Assembly (NCBI GenBank): GCA_016839585.1
Contig: JAEOTZ010000033.1
Span: 1-63,708 of the forward strand
Source: Promethearchaeota archaeon
GTDB taxonomy: Archaea; Asgardarchaeota; Lokiarchaeia; Sigyniarchaeales; SOKP01
Length of the DNA stretch: 63,708 nucleotides
Direction of reading: 5' to 3'
The notes below the pieces were generated by a model, which was given only the letters and a program-made list of their open reading frames with translations, was not told the DNA's origin and ran no database searches. The translations under genes were made by a program, and so were the position numbers. Below are positions 42,349 through 52,833 of the stretch, piece by piece (within the stretch, counting starts at the first letter, position 1; each line of letters opens with the position of its first letter).

Positions 42349-42492
42349 TGTCTGTCATCTAATCTTTTCTTAACGTAGGTATTAAAAAACCTCACGAAAT
42401 TGCATTATTAATTGTCAATAAATTGGAGTTCCTAATCCTAATCTTTAAAAATAGTTCTCTTTAAAATATCCCTTCAAAAAATAATATATATG
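42349..42492 (+). repeat. Direct repeat copy 2 (~144 bp), the pilin promoter region
   Basis: See copy 1; ends at the pilin ATG. Confidence 0.9.
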
Positions 42493-42894
42493 CCAAGCAT
42501 TAAAAAATCTTTAAAAAAAGTAAAAAGTAAGTATAAAAATTTTAAAACAAACGAATCGGGGGGGGATATGATAAACCAAATATTAATGTTAGCTATTGCT
42601 TTGGTAATTATCGGACTTTTATTAGTTTTTGCTATAGCACAGTTTGAAAAAGTGAAAGAAGGCTTTATTGATTTATTTTCAGCAGCAGATAATTCTGGAG
42701 GAGATAATTTAAACATCCTCTCGCAAATTAAAACACAAAGCTTGACTTTAATTAATGATATATGTAATACTGGTGCGGGTCTCCCAATAGACAAAAATAT
42801 TATATGTTTAAAAGGAATCCTATCACCATTTTTCTGTATAGATTCCTTCAACTTTATCAAATCAATTCATAAAATACTCATTTTTACCTTTTGA
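42490..42894 (+). CDS. Pilin-like protein with a class III-like signal peptide
   Basis: Basic leader ...KNFKTNESG followed by hydrophobic ILMLAIALVIIGLLLVFA. Confidence 0.65.
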   Translation: MPSIKKSLKKVKSKYKNFKTNESGGDMINQILMLAIALVIIGLLLVFAIAQFEKVKEGFIDLFSAADNSGGDNLNILSQIKTQSLTLINDICNTGAGLPIDKNIICLKGILSPFFCIDSFNFIKSIHKILIFTF

Positions 42895-42935
42895 ATTAAT
42901 TTTGGAGAATAAATCATATTTAAGTAAAAATTACA

Positions 42936-44498
42936 ATGTCAACTGAACTTGAAGATTATGATTTAAAGAAATATATATCTTTCTGCAAATATTTTCAAAG
43001 ATTTAGTTCACCTGTACTTCGCTTCAAACACATTCCAGAAGAATACAAAAACCAATATAAGATCAAATATCATATCGATGAAGAAGATGTATGCAAGGCA
43101 ACTTTTTTCATTTTTATCAGTTTTCTTATTCCAATATTTTTTTTATTCATCTGCTTCATAAACTTTGGAGTCTTGTTTTTTAACCTTCTCTATTCGCTAA
43201 TATTTGCTTTAATATTCGCTGTTTTGGTTGCATATAACTTCAATATAACTATCTATAAGCAAATTAAAAAAGATGAGAAAATAGTAAACACGTTGTTATC
43301 ATTAATTAAAATTAATTTTTCATTAATGAAAACGATTAAAGATCAAAAATCTGATTTATGTCTTTCGTTTATTAGACTAATTATGGATTACAAACTACCC
43401 ATCTCTGATGTGTTTAAATATATTTATAGGCAAATTCATTTAGGGAATGTTCCCGAAGAAGAATTATTAATGATCGAAACGCCTTCAAAAGATTTTAACT
43501 CTTATGTATCTGAACTTATGATAAAAAATTTTGGTCATGATTATGATATTAATTACTATGATGAGAATTCTACAGAAAAAAATTTCCGAATATTATTAAA
43601 ATCTATACAAACAAAAATAGGGATTATCTTTTTTACAGGGCTTTTCTTTCCATTAGTTTTATCCTCATTTATCCTATTTCAACAGATAAAAGTATTATTC
43701 GCTCTTTTTATAGCTCCTTTTTTATTGTTTTTAATGTATTGGATGTTCAAAAAAATGGTACGAATTAATATCGGATTGATTGGAGTGTTAGATGAGTATT
43801 CTGGAGTAAAAGAGAAAAAGTTTAATGAATTCTTGTTGTTTCTCGAGGTTTTAGCATTAACTTTAAAAAATAATTATAGCCCGGAAATCGCTTTCATTAA
43901 AGCATATTCTAAAAGTAAAACTCATTTGCTTTTATTGAATGATCTTTTTTACGAGCAAATTTCCTCTCTTATCAGCCTTCAATATACATTTGAAGATTTA
44001 ATAAATCATTTGAAGCTAGCCTTAGATTCACCACGATACAAAATTTTATTGGATGTAATTTACGACATGTTAAAAAAGAGTGCATATTATTCTTCAAAAA
44101 AAATTACCGATATACTTAATATTATTGACCGTCATAGAAGACTTGAAGAAAAATTTAGATTAATCGTATCAGGAAAGAAGTTTCTTGTGAAAGTTTTCGT
44201 GTTCTTATTTCCAGGAATCTTAGGCGCAATAGGGGGGATGTTACCATTAGTAATAGCGATAGTAAAAAATATGAATTATGCTGAAAATATGCAAGAGATA
44301 AGCTCTTTCTATGACCTTGTTGATATGTTAGAGGCAATAATAATTTTCTCTATTCTACTAATCTGTACTCTTATAACGTGTTATTATTTTTTAAAGATTG
44401 TGCGCCATAAGAGAATTTATGTGATTCTCCTAATATCGGTCTTCATATTCATCTTGGCATTTTCACAAAGTTTCATGTTTACTGCTACTTTTTTTTAA
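42936..44498 (+). CDS. TadC/PilC/ArlJ-like pilus platform membrane protein
   Basis: Two repeats of TM pair + cytoplasmic helical domain (IHLGNVPEE; LKNNYSPE); pilin, ATPase and peptidase nearby. Confidence 0.7.
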   Translation: MSTELEDYDLKKYISFCKYFQRFSSPVLRFKHIPEEYKNQYKIKYHIDEEDVCKATFFIFISFLIPIFFLFICFINFGVLFFNLLYSLIFALIFAVLVAYNFNITIYKQIKKDEKIVNTLLSLIKINFSLMKTIKDQKSDLCLSFIRLIMDYKLPISDVFKYIYRQIHLGNVPEEELLMIETPSKDFNSYVSELMIKNFGHDYDINYYDENSTEKNFRILLKSIQTKIGIIFFTGLFFPLVLSSFILFQQIKVLFALFIAPFLLFLMYWMFKKMVRINIGLIGVLDEYSGVKEKKFNEFLLFLEVLALTLKNNYSPEIAFIKAYSKSKTHLLLLNDLFYEQISSLISLQYTFEDLINHLKLALDSPRYKILLDVIYDMLKKSAYYSSKKITDILNIIDRHRRLEEKFRLIVSGKKFLVKVFVFLFPGILGAIGGMLPLVIAIVKNMNYAENMQEISSFYDLVDMLEAIIIFSILLICTLITCYYFLKIVRHKRIYVILLISVFIFILAFSQSFMFTATFF

Positions 44499-44505
44499 AT
44501 CCCCC

Positions 44506-45627
44506 TCATTCAAAGACGCCATAATCCAAATCTAGGAAATCTTCAATGCTTAATATGGTAAGATTGTCAATTTTAGTAATATTGTTATAACTTACTAATT
44601 TTGAATAATCGGGATTATTTATAACCAATACATAGATATGATATTTATTGATATGGTCTTTTATGATTTCTGAAAGTGTGTCTAAATTTAAGTTAGAAAA
44701 GATAGAAAATAACCAATTTTGGTTAATTAACACTTGAAAATCTTTCACTATTTCATATTCAATGTTATTCTCGGATAGTTTTTTTTCTAATAGGGTCAAT
44801 ATTTCATTTATTGTTGAGGGAATATTTCGAGGATCTAAGATAAAGCGATCTTTTATTCTCGTTAAGTTATGGCTCATTGGTATGCGCCATAAACACTGCC
44901 AAATAAGATTTATTTTAGGTTTTTGTAAATCCAAGAGTTCTCTTTTAAAAAATTCTCTTGAAATCTTGATAAGATCAATCATAGAGTCTTCTTCTTTCAG
45001 TATTACAACAAGATACGCCGATCCTCTTAAATCTCCTATTTCATCTATTGTATTATACACGAATAAATAACCTTTTATTTCCCGTTCTTCTAAATATTTT
45101 ATTAAATGTTGAAAAAAATAGATTTCATCTGTAAGTAAATCAAGTCTGATATTATAAAAGATATAGTTTAAGGTAGTTTTATCATTAGTAATGGATAATC
45201 CTTTTCTGGCATTAGAAATTGAAATTTTCATTTCATTTAATGTGGAACTGCCCCCGTTACATAAAATGTTTAAAAATTCCATTTCTAATAGATTATTTTC
45301 CAATAACGAATATTGAATTTCTGTTTTGCTTAAGAGTTCGCATAACTTGAAATAATCTTGGACTATGTCTTTTTTTTCTTCACTTGCAAATTGTAATATA
45401 ATATAGGTCCCGGAATTCACCCCTATTTGGATTGTATAAGAGTCTAAGCATGATCTTTTTATGAACTTATTTAAGAGCTGAATCAGATTTGAAACATCTC
45501 GTATTTGTAGAATTCCAAAGGCTACTAATTTTTTGATTTGATTCAAGCTATTATAAATAATTAGGTCTTTCTCAATAAAATACGATAAAGGCTTGTATTT
45601 CCCTTTTTTTTTGGAACTGGTTTTCAA
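44506..45627 (-). CDS. Hypothetical protein
   Basis: 373-aa ORF. Confidence 0.75.
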   Translation of the reverse strand: MKTSSKKKGKYKPLSYFIEKDLIIYNSLNQIKKLVAFGILQIRDVSNLIQLLNKFIKRSCLDSYTIQIGVNSGTYIILQFASEEKKDIVQDYFKLCELLSKTEIQYSLLENNLLEMEFLNILCNGGSSTLNEMKISISNARKGLSITNDKTTLNYIFYNIRLDLLTDEIYFFQHLIKYLEEREIKGYLFVYNTIDEIGDLRGSAYLVVILKEEDSMIDLIKISREFFKRELLDLQKPKINLIWQCLWRIPMSHNLTRIKDRFILDPRNIPSTINEILTLLEKKLSENNIEYEIVKDFQVLINQNWLFSIFSNLNLDTLSEIIKDHINKYHIYVLVINNPDYSKLVSYNNITKIDNLTILSIEDFLDLDYGVFE

Positions 45628-45748
45628 TGATATTCTACATTTTAATTAATTCCTTGTTAAATTATTATAATTCGATTATTTAAAGTCAAGAAAAATCTCT
45701 ATGTTTTTATTAATATTTATAAAATTTCAAATAAAAAGCTAAAAAAAT

Positions 45749-48472
45749 ATGTTTTTTTCGAATTCCATCTATTTTCTTTTTATTGTGTCATTAATCATAA
45801 TGATTTCTGCTGCAATTTATTATTACACAAGGCAAAAATACGAATTTATCAATGTTATTGGATTTTATCTATGTTCGATTACCATCCTTATATCCCTATT
45901 TATACTATTTGAATATATTGTGATCAAAGAAGAAGATCTGTTTATTTCTACTGTATTCACGCTGGAAATGATTCTGATTCTTGTGTTATTCACGTGGATT
46001 TATTATATTATATATAAACGATCAGAAGGTAAGACTTTTTATATTTATACCACGATTATGTTAATTTTTGCTCATATTCTTATCTCGGGATTATATTTAT
46101 CTTTTATATCAGGGACTATAGTTATAGTTTTTGTAGGTATACTAATTCTTATATCCATTTTAAAGATTAATGAATATCGAAAACAGTTATATTTAATGTT
46201 TATCGCGGGGTGGTATTTTTATATTTTACATGTGGCATTTAACGAGTTAGTCTTTGGATTATATGCACTCTTGGGTATATGTGTTATTGTAAGTTTAGGT
46301 TATAGACCGATCACAGGAAGGCTGATAACTCTATATCATGCCATGCGTACCATTACTACTTCCTTTTTGTGGGAAAAAGGATTAAGTTTAAAGAGGAAAG
46401 GAAAGAAACGAACATTATTTTGGATGACTAAAGTTAAAATCACTCAAATAGGCAGAGAAGATAAACTTGAAAAGAAAAAACTTCAGACTTGGCTACAGGA
46501 TTTTTTCCGACATAAGAAGTCAAACCGCGTTCAAATCATGCTTAATAAAGATCGATTTGAGATATCTTTCTTAATTAAAACTCGTACTAGAATCGAAGGT
46601 ATAAGAAAGGGAAATCAATTATTAACTAATTTGAAATCAGCTTATACGGGATTAGACGGAAAATTAGAACATATTGAAGTAGATAACCGATTTCTGTATA
46701 ATAAAGAAAGGTGGTGGTTAATTAAGTTTCCTAAAGCACCCTATAGTAAGCGTATTGATTTGATCAACAGATTAACTACTCTTTTTGGAGAAGATAGAAA
46801 TAAGACAACACTCCTAATTATCTGGAAAAAAGCTTTTCCTAAAAAAATATTGGAACAGAGAGCTAAAATAATTGCCTTAAAATATAAAGATTCAATTGAA
46901 AAAAATACGTATCTCAAAATGTGGAGGGATGAGCTTTTTCACGTAAAGATATATATAAACTATGAAGTTTCAGGAAAAGATTTAGGTTTAAGAAGTCCAG
47001 AATTTTACGCTATGCAAGGTAGAATAAAAAGCCTAGAAGTTGCTGTTAGAAATGAGAAAAAAACTGCTAAAATCAGAAGGGTTTTATGCGGAGCTAGAGC
47101 AGATTTCTTACGTGGAAATTTATACAATGGGAGATATTTAACGCCAATCTCGTTTGATTTTACTTTTAATGATAAAATGCCCTTCAATGTGCCAGTTGGG
47201 TTAAAAAAACAAGTGATAAATTGGCCCCGACATGTGAAAAACAATTCTAATTTTGCCATAGGTAAGTGGAGGGATGAATATGGTCGATTAAGAGAAAATC
47301 TTTTGTATATAAAAGTGGATGATTTTGTCCAAGGGGCAAATCTTATTGGAGGAATGGGTACAGGAAAGAGTTTTTTGATGGGATACATTAATAAATCTAT
47401 TTCTCAAGTCAGACCAGATGTAGGAATCTTAATAATTAATTTTAAAAGAGAACTCGATGAAAATATATACTTCGCTGAAAAATTTTACAAATTCGGTAAA
47501 AATTTCAACTTACCCTATATTATTCCTCTTGATAAAGATAAAATGGAAAAGCAAATTGTTCAAGTAAGTAAGGGAGTAATGGGATCCATTGGATTTGAAG
47601 AAGAAGGGGTCTATGCTTGTAAAGCAGTACTCCAAAATTATATAATCAAGAATGAAGGCCCACCAGATTCAATAGTGGAATTATTGAAAATGGTAAGAGA
47701 TTATTTTTATGAAGAAGGACACGATTATGATGATAGATATAGAGCAAAAATTACTTCAGCGCTTAATACAAGGATTAATACTCAGCTATCAAATCGGGTA
47801 TTAGTGAATACATTAAACCCTTTCAAGAAAGTTGGAAATTGGTATGAGGATTGGATAGATGGTAAAGTCGTGCAAATAGATTTAACCTCTTGCAATGAAT
47901 GGGAACAAAGATTAATCTCAATTCTCATTTTACAGACAATAAGGACTCTTACGCCAGATACGGGTGTTAAGGGATTAAGACACCTTATAGAAATTGATGA
48001 AGCCCATAGAATTCTTAAAAGGTTAACCTCACCTGGAAAACACAAGAGTGATGATTACATAGCCTGTGAACAAATCATAAAAATTTTTGAAATAATGTTT
48101 TCAGAATTTCGAGATCGTGGAATATCATTTCTTATTGCTGATCAACGAGCAGATATTTTAGATGATAGTGCAATCTCCTTACCTTCTTTAAAGTTTTTGT
48201 TGCACCAAAGTTTGACCAGTGTGGAGCGCTTTACAAAGGATCCACAGAATATTGAAACTATTATACGTTTACCTAATCGATATTGCGTATTAGATCGTGG
48301 AGTAACAGGAGAATTTTTTTCATTTAAAACAGCAGACTACTTTCCAGAAAAGACACACAGCAGTGAAACAACTAAGGTTTCAAAGGTACTATGCCCAAAA
48401 TGTAAAAATATTATTGACATTACAAACCAAGCCTGCCCTCATTGCAAATATCGTTTAATCTTGAATACATAA
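45749..48472 (+). CDS. Membrane-anchored VirB4/VirD4/HerA-like ATPase
   Basis: About 7 N-terminal TMs, GGMGTGKS, IEIDEAH, SEFRDRG, IADQR and C-terminal CPKC...CPHC. Confidence 0.85.
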   Translation: MFFSNSIYFLFIVSLIIMISAAIYYYTRQKYEFINVIGFYLCSITILISLFILFEYIVIKEEDLFISTVFTLEMILILVLFTWIYYIIYKRSEGKTFYIYTTIMLIFAHILISGLYLSFISGTIVIVFVGILILISILKINEYRKQLYLMFIAGWYFYILHVAFNELVFGLYALLGICVIVSLGYRPITGRLITLYHAMRTITTSFLWEKGLSLKRKGKKRTLFWMTKVKITQIGREDKLEKKKLQTWLQDFFRHKKSNRVQIMLNKDRFEISFLIKTRTRIEGIRKGNQLLTNLKSAYTGLDGKLEHIEVDNRFLYNKERWWLIKFPKAPYSKRIDLINRLTTLFGEDRNKTTLLIIWKKAFPKKILEQRAKIIALKYKDSIEKNTYLKMWRDELFHVKIYINYEVSGKDLGLRSPEFYAMQGRIKSLEVAVRNEKKTAKIRRVLCGARADFLRGNLYNGRYLTPISFDFTFNDKMPFNVPVGLKKQVINWPRHVKNNSNFAIGKWRDEYGRLRENLLYIKVDDFVQGANLIGGMGTGKSFLMGYINKSISQVRPDVGILIINFKRELDENIYFAEKFYKFGKNFNLPYIIPLDKDKMEKQIVQVSKGVMGSIGFEEEGVYACKAVLQNYIIKNEGPPDSIVELLKMVRDYFYEEGHDYDDRYRAKITSALNTRINTQLSNRVLVNTLNPFKKVGNWYEDWIDGKVVQIDLTSCNEWEQRLISILILQTIRTLTPDTGVKGLRHLIEIDEAHRILKRLTSPGKHKSDDYIACEQIIKIFEIMFSEFRDRGISFLIADQRADILDDSAISLPSLKFLLHQSLTSVERFTKDPQNIETIIRLPNRYCVLDRGVTGEFFSFKTADYFPEKTHSSETTKVSKVLCPKCKNIIDITNQACPHCKYRLILNT

Positions 48473-48569
48473 GGTTCTTCTTATTTTTCTGTTTAGTTTT
48501 TATTAGTTGTGTCAAATTTTTTAGTAACTTATAGTATAGTACAAAACTTTAAATGTGTGATTAAAAAAT

Positions 48570-49286
48570 ATGGGTAAGAACATAAATAAAACACCAAGCA
48601 GAATAAGTAAAAGTACAACTACCATTAATAAGAAAAATAAGGATTTTGGGAAAATAGCAACTAAAAAAATTATCGAAAAAAAAAGAAATAAAGGGACAAA
48701 GCCTACTGAGAAAAAAAGTAGAGGTCCAATTAAAAGAATAAGAATATCTCAAAAAGAATATTCAGATAAAAGTAAGACCGTGATTCGGAAATGGGAAAAA
48801 GCTTCTCAATGCTTACAATCTGAAAATATACCGAAAGCGACTCAGAATCGTAAAAAATCCCTTCAAGATACACAAGCAAAGAATGATAAGACTACAACAC
48901 AGAATTGGGAAAACGCGTCTCAAAATATGTTAATAGATAACCTTCTCAATAAACTCAACAAGAATAAGCAGGTAGGCGGAAAAAAAGAGGAAAAAGAAAA
49001 AAAGGAAAGAGATTCAAATAAAAGCTTAAAGGAGAAGCAAAAAAAGTGGTTTGATGATTTAAAACAATCAATGAAAAATTCTATGAAAAGTTTTAATGAT
49101 GCCCAAAAAAAAGCACTTGATAATTTAGAAAAAACGATATTAGATAAAATGTCATCTAAAGAAAAAGAGGATGAATTTTTAAAAGAAATCTTATTGATTT
49201 TACTTGCTCAGAATGCCTTTTCAAAAGATTTACAAAATTTAGGGCAAGTGAATGTTAGTACTGTCGAACGTGAATCTTACTTATGA
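48570..49286 (+). CDS. Lys-rich hypothetical protein
   Basis: 238-aa low-complexity ORF. Confidence 0.6.
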   Translation: MGKNINKTPSRISKSTTTINKKNKDFGKIATKKIIEKKRNKGTKPTEKKSRGPIKRIRISQKEYSDKSKTVIRKWEKASQCLQSENIPKATQNRKKSLQDTQAKNDKTTTQNWENASQNMLIDNLLNKLNKNKQVGGKKEEKEKKERDSNKSLKEKQKKWFDDLKQSMKNSMKSFNDAQKKALDNLEKTILDKMSSKEKEDEFLKEILLILLAQNAFSKDLQNLGQVNVSTVERESYL

Positions 49287-49375
49287 AATATTTTTTTCCT
49301 AAAAAATAAATTCAATGGAAGAACTTCAAATGTGAAATTATAGGAGTTTTTATTCTTTTCCCTTAAAATAATAGT

Positions 49376-49750
49376 ATGGAAACGCTTGAGAAAGTATTAT
49401 TAATGGCGGTAGGTGTTATCATTCTCTCTTCATTCTTATTTTGGTTAATACCAAATTTCATGAAAATCAATGAATATAAAGAGGATAATGATACTCCCAT
49501 ATGGGATCAGACCCCTACAGATCAAATTATAGAATATGGAGAATATTTCTCTTATGATGTAAACGCATCTGATTTTTTTGGGATAGATCATTATTGGATC
49601 AATGATACTTCTAACTTTTATATCAACAATGAAGGTCTAATCAGAAGTATAACCATCCTTAATGTAGGGGAATATTGGCTAGAAATCAGAGCTTATGATC
49701 CTTCTGATAATTTTATCTCTGCTGAAATTAAAATCACAGTTAATAATTGA
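49376..49750 (+). CDS. Pilin-like N-terminus fused to an Ig/cadherin-like domain
   Basis: METLEKVLLMAVG... TM, then PIWDQTPTDQ...YDVNASD...YWLEIRAYD...ITV. Confidence 0.65.
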   Translation: METLEKVLLMAVGVIILSSFLFWLIPNFMKINEYKEDNDTPIWDQTPTDQIIEYGEYFSYDVNASDFFGIDHYWINDTSNFYINNEGLIRSITILNVGEYWLEIRAYDPSDNFISAEIKITVNN

Positions 49751-49769
49751 ATAACGCCTTTAAGAATTA

Positions 49770-51962
49770 TTGAAAATGATTCACCTAAACAATATTAAAG
49801 TGAGTATTCAAAGAAAAGAAAATCTTGAAGGAAAAAAAGAAAAAGTGCTTAATATTGAATGTAGCACGTGTCCAGAATATTCTAAACAATTTTTGAAAAA
49901 TGAGAAATGTTATTATTGCCTTTTCAATTGTGTAAAAAATAACAAGAATAAAGGATTTGAAAAAATATATATTCAAGCTTTAGACGCCTTAACAGATCAA
50001 AAAACAACGAAATTAATTCTTGAATGTTTTAAAAACATGGAAAAAGCTGAAAAATATTATTCTAAACTATTGAAATTAAGAGAAACCTGTGTTTATAGGG
50101 ACAAGTTTGGGTGTAGAATCTTTGGAGATTTTGAATCTTTCTTTGCTTTAAATGAACAAGATCTTATAGATCCAATATCATTATATTTCAAGACACAACA
50201 AATTATAAAACAAGTTGAAAGTTTTAGTTCTCCAGATCCGGTCTGCTCTGATTGCATTGAAAAAAGTATAGAAATTGTAAATCAATTATTATTAATTTTA
50301 GATTCAGGGTTAATAAGAAAATATAAAACAGTCCAGCAGAAGAGTTCCTTATTTGAGGACCCCTTTTACTTTTATGAGTTTCTGATAACAAAATCTCACT
50401 CAATAAATAAAAGCTATGATAAATCAGTTCTTTCTAAAACAACAATTGGTGAAATGAAAAAGGAAGGATTACTGCAATCATACCAAATTGGTAAGGGTTT
50501 GTTTCAAATTCAAGTATTCGGAATAGCAAACAAGACAGAAAAAATATATTATTATCATTTAATTCATGATTCTGAATCAGAAAAATCCTATTTTGAGAAA
50601 TTGATTGAAAATATCCTTTCTTATATGCAAGTTTTAAGATTTGATGACATAGTTTCGTTGGAAAATTTAATTGAGTTGTATGAGAAAGAAGCCTTACGAA
50701 TTATTGAACTCAATTATAAAATGGCTGACAATAGGAAAAAAAGAGTGGCATTTTACGCCGCCATTACATTTCTTCAATTAAACAAACTTTTCCCGCTTTT
50801 AATTGACAATTATATAGAAGAAATATTTTTAGATTCCCCGGAGAGTAAGATTTACATCGATCATCAAAAACATGGACGCTGTCGTACCAATTTAACTTTA
50901 TCTGGCAAGGACATAAAGCGAATAATTACATTATTACGGTTGTATAGTCAACAGAGATTGGATTATTCAAATCCGACTCTAAAATATGTCATTAAAAACA
51001 AATATTTTTACTGTAGATTTGCCATTGATGTTAAACCTATTAATGTCAATGATTTTTCCTTAGATATTAGGAAATTGAATAAAAACATATTAACAATTCA
51101 AGATTTAATGAAAACAAATACTCTTAATCCTCTAATGACCGCGTTTCTTTACTTCTGTATGATAAGAAGAGTAAACATAACAGTAACAGGAGAGACTGAT
51201 ACTGGCAAGACTACATTAATTAACGCATTTGACATGATTTCCCCTGAATACTTCCGAAAAATTTATGTAGAAAATGTCACCGAATCATTAGAGCAATTAA
51301 TTTTTAATAAACATCAGCTCAAATATCAAGCAGACTCCTTAGATACAAATAATAAGGAGGGATATACAAAAAGCGACCACATAAAAACATTACTTCATCG
51401 CACACCTGATATTATTTATTTAGGTGAGATTCTAACAAAAGAAGAAGCAGAAGCTATGTTTCACTGTTTGGCTGCCGGATTAAAAGGTTTTCAAACTATT
51501 CACTCTCAAAACATTGATTCTTTAATAAATAGGCTGATTCATACATTCAAAATTAATTTTGCTCAATTAGATGATTTGGATCTATTAATCTTAATGACTC
51601 GGGATTTTTATAAAAGAAGGATTGTATCTATTTCAGAAATTGATTTAACAAATTATCATGCCGGTGATTACTATAGGGAGATCTTTCTTTATGAACCTGA
51701 ATCAGAGAAGTGGAATTTACTCAAAAAGCTTTATGAGACTAAGCTAATTACTAAATTAAAGAAGTTTGAGAAATTAAAAGAAGATTCTTTTAACAATTTT
51801 ATGACTTTTTACGAAGAAATCTTTCGGTATCTCTTAAATTGTGAAAAGATTAGGAATGACGAATTAGTTAACTTGTTCAATGAATTGGCACATTTTTCTA
51901 TTATATCTCATTTAGAGGCTCGAAATTTTTGGGAAAAGTGGAAAAAAGAGCATGAATATTGA
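49770..51962 (+). CDS. Type II/IV secretion ATPase (TadA/VirB11/ArlI-like) with a Cys-rich N-terminus
   Basis: IEEIFLD, LDIRK, GETDTGKTT, VENVTE, LLHRTPDIIYLGEI and QTIHS motifs. Confidence 0.92.
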   Translation: MKMIHLNNIKVSIQRKENLEGKKEKVLNIECSTCPEYSKQFLKNEKCYYCLFNCVKNNKNKGFEKIYIQALDALTDQKTTKLILECFKNMEKAEKYYSKLLKLRETCVYRDKFGCRIFGDFESFFALNEQDLIDPISLYFKTQQIIKQVESFSSPDPVCSDCIEKSIEIVNQLLLILDSGLIRKYKTVQQKSSLFEDPFYFYEFLITKSHSINKSYDKSVLSKTTIGEMKKEGLLQSYQIGKGLFQIQVFGIANKTEKIYYYHLIHDSESEKSYFEKLIENILSYMQVLRFDDIVSLENLIELYEKEALRIIELNYKMADNRKKRVAFYAAITFLQLNKLFPLLIDNYIEEIFLDSPESKIYIDHQKHGRCRTNLTLSGKDIKRIITLLRLYSQQRLDYSNPTLKYVIKNKYFYCRFAIDVKPINVNDFSLDIRKLNKNILTIQDLMKTNTLNPLMTAFLYFCMIRRVNITVTGETDTGKTTLINAFDMISPEYFRKIYVENVTESLEQLIFNKHQLKYQADSLDTNNKEGYTKSDHIKTLLHRTPDIIYLGEILTKEEAEAMFHCLAAGLKGFQTIHSQNIDSLINRLIHTFKINFAQLDDLDLLILMTRDFYKRRIVSISEIDLTNYHAGDYYREIFLYEPESEKWNLLKKLYETKLITKLKKFEKLKEDSFNNFMTFYEEIFRYLLNCEKIRNDELVNLFNELAHFSIISHLEARNFWEKWKKEHEY

Positions 51963-51986
51963 AAGTAAGAGGAGGGAAAATTTAAG

Positions 51987-52289
51987 TTGAATTATCTAGC
52001 CATATTATTATTCCCTATTTGTTTTTTATTCCTGTTAATTATTGTCTTATTCATATATGTTTTGCTATCTGGAAATTCATTAGTTTCAATTCTTTGTTTT
52101 ATGGTATATATAATCCTCTTACTAACCTTTTATTATTTCCTGGAAAAATTAAGGCAATTTATTGTGGATACCGGTCTGAAATTTCTGGTTTTTTTTAACT
52201 TTATTTATTATTTAGCAACAGTCGTAAATTTCTTTATTGGAGTCATTCTTTTCATTATGGTTTTGTATCATTTAATTTTAAATCCTTAA
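51987..52289 (+). CDS. Small membrane protein (3 TM)
   Basis: GGAGG SD, highly hydrophobic 100 aa. Confidence 0.7.
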   Translation: MNYLAILLFPICFLFLLIIVLFIYVLLSGNSLVSILCFMVYIILLLTFYYFLEKLRQFIVDTGLKFLVFFNFIYYLATVVNFFIGVILFIMVLYHLILNP

Positions 52290-52319
52290 AATAGTCAGGC
52301 AATATTATCTTAATTATAA

Positions 52320-52561
52320 TGGAAGACCATCAAAATGAATAAAATTATACTCATTTTATTTCAAATAATCATATCAACAATGTTTTGTTGGATTATTTGT
52401 GGCATTAGTCCGAATGCCTTTATCCCATCAACCGAAATGGCATTTGGGAATACTTTTTTCATGATATTATATGCCCCATTTACATCAGCATTGAGTAAAA
52501 TACCTTTGGAGGTTATGAACAAACCTCTAGAAATTCTTTTTCCTGCATATTTTTCATGTTT
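52320..52561 (-). mobile_element. tnpB: IS200/IS605-family remnant: tnpB 3' end (52561-52361) plus right-end hairpin (52332-52357)
   Basis: Manual translation: KHEKYAGKRISRGLFITSKGILLNADVNGAYNIMKKVFPNA...; NADxNGAxNI is the TnpB RuvC-III motif. Confidence 0.85.
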
Positions 52562-52833
52562 TAACCTCTTTTTTTATTTAAATTCCTTTTCTATTGGTGT
52601 CCAAGATATTTGACACACTTACAATAAAAATTATTTTTTTAGTAAAAATCCCTTCTTTCTCTCCATTCTTCTTTCTCTTTTGCTTTTCTTTCTTTCTCTT
52701 CTTTTCTGAAAGAAATACTATGTGCTGTACTATGCCAAATTCGGAATAATAAATAATCGAATATAATTCCAATTATAAAACCTAAAAATATTATCAAAGC
52801 AATATTCATTTTAACATCTCCCGTTTTATTTAT

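Noticed and set aside
52335-52613. 92-aa plus-strand ORF
   Set aside because: Shadow of the minus-strand tnpB fragment.
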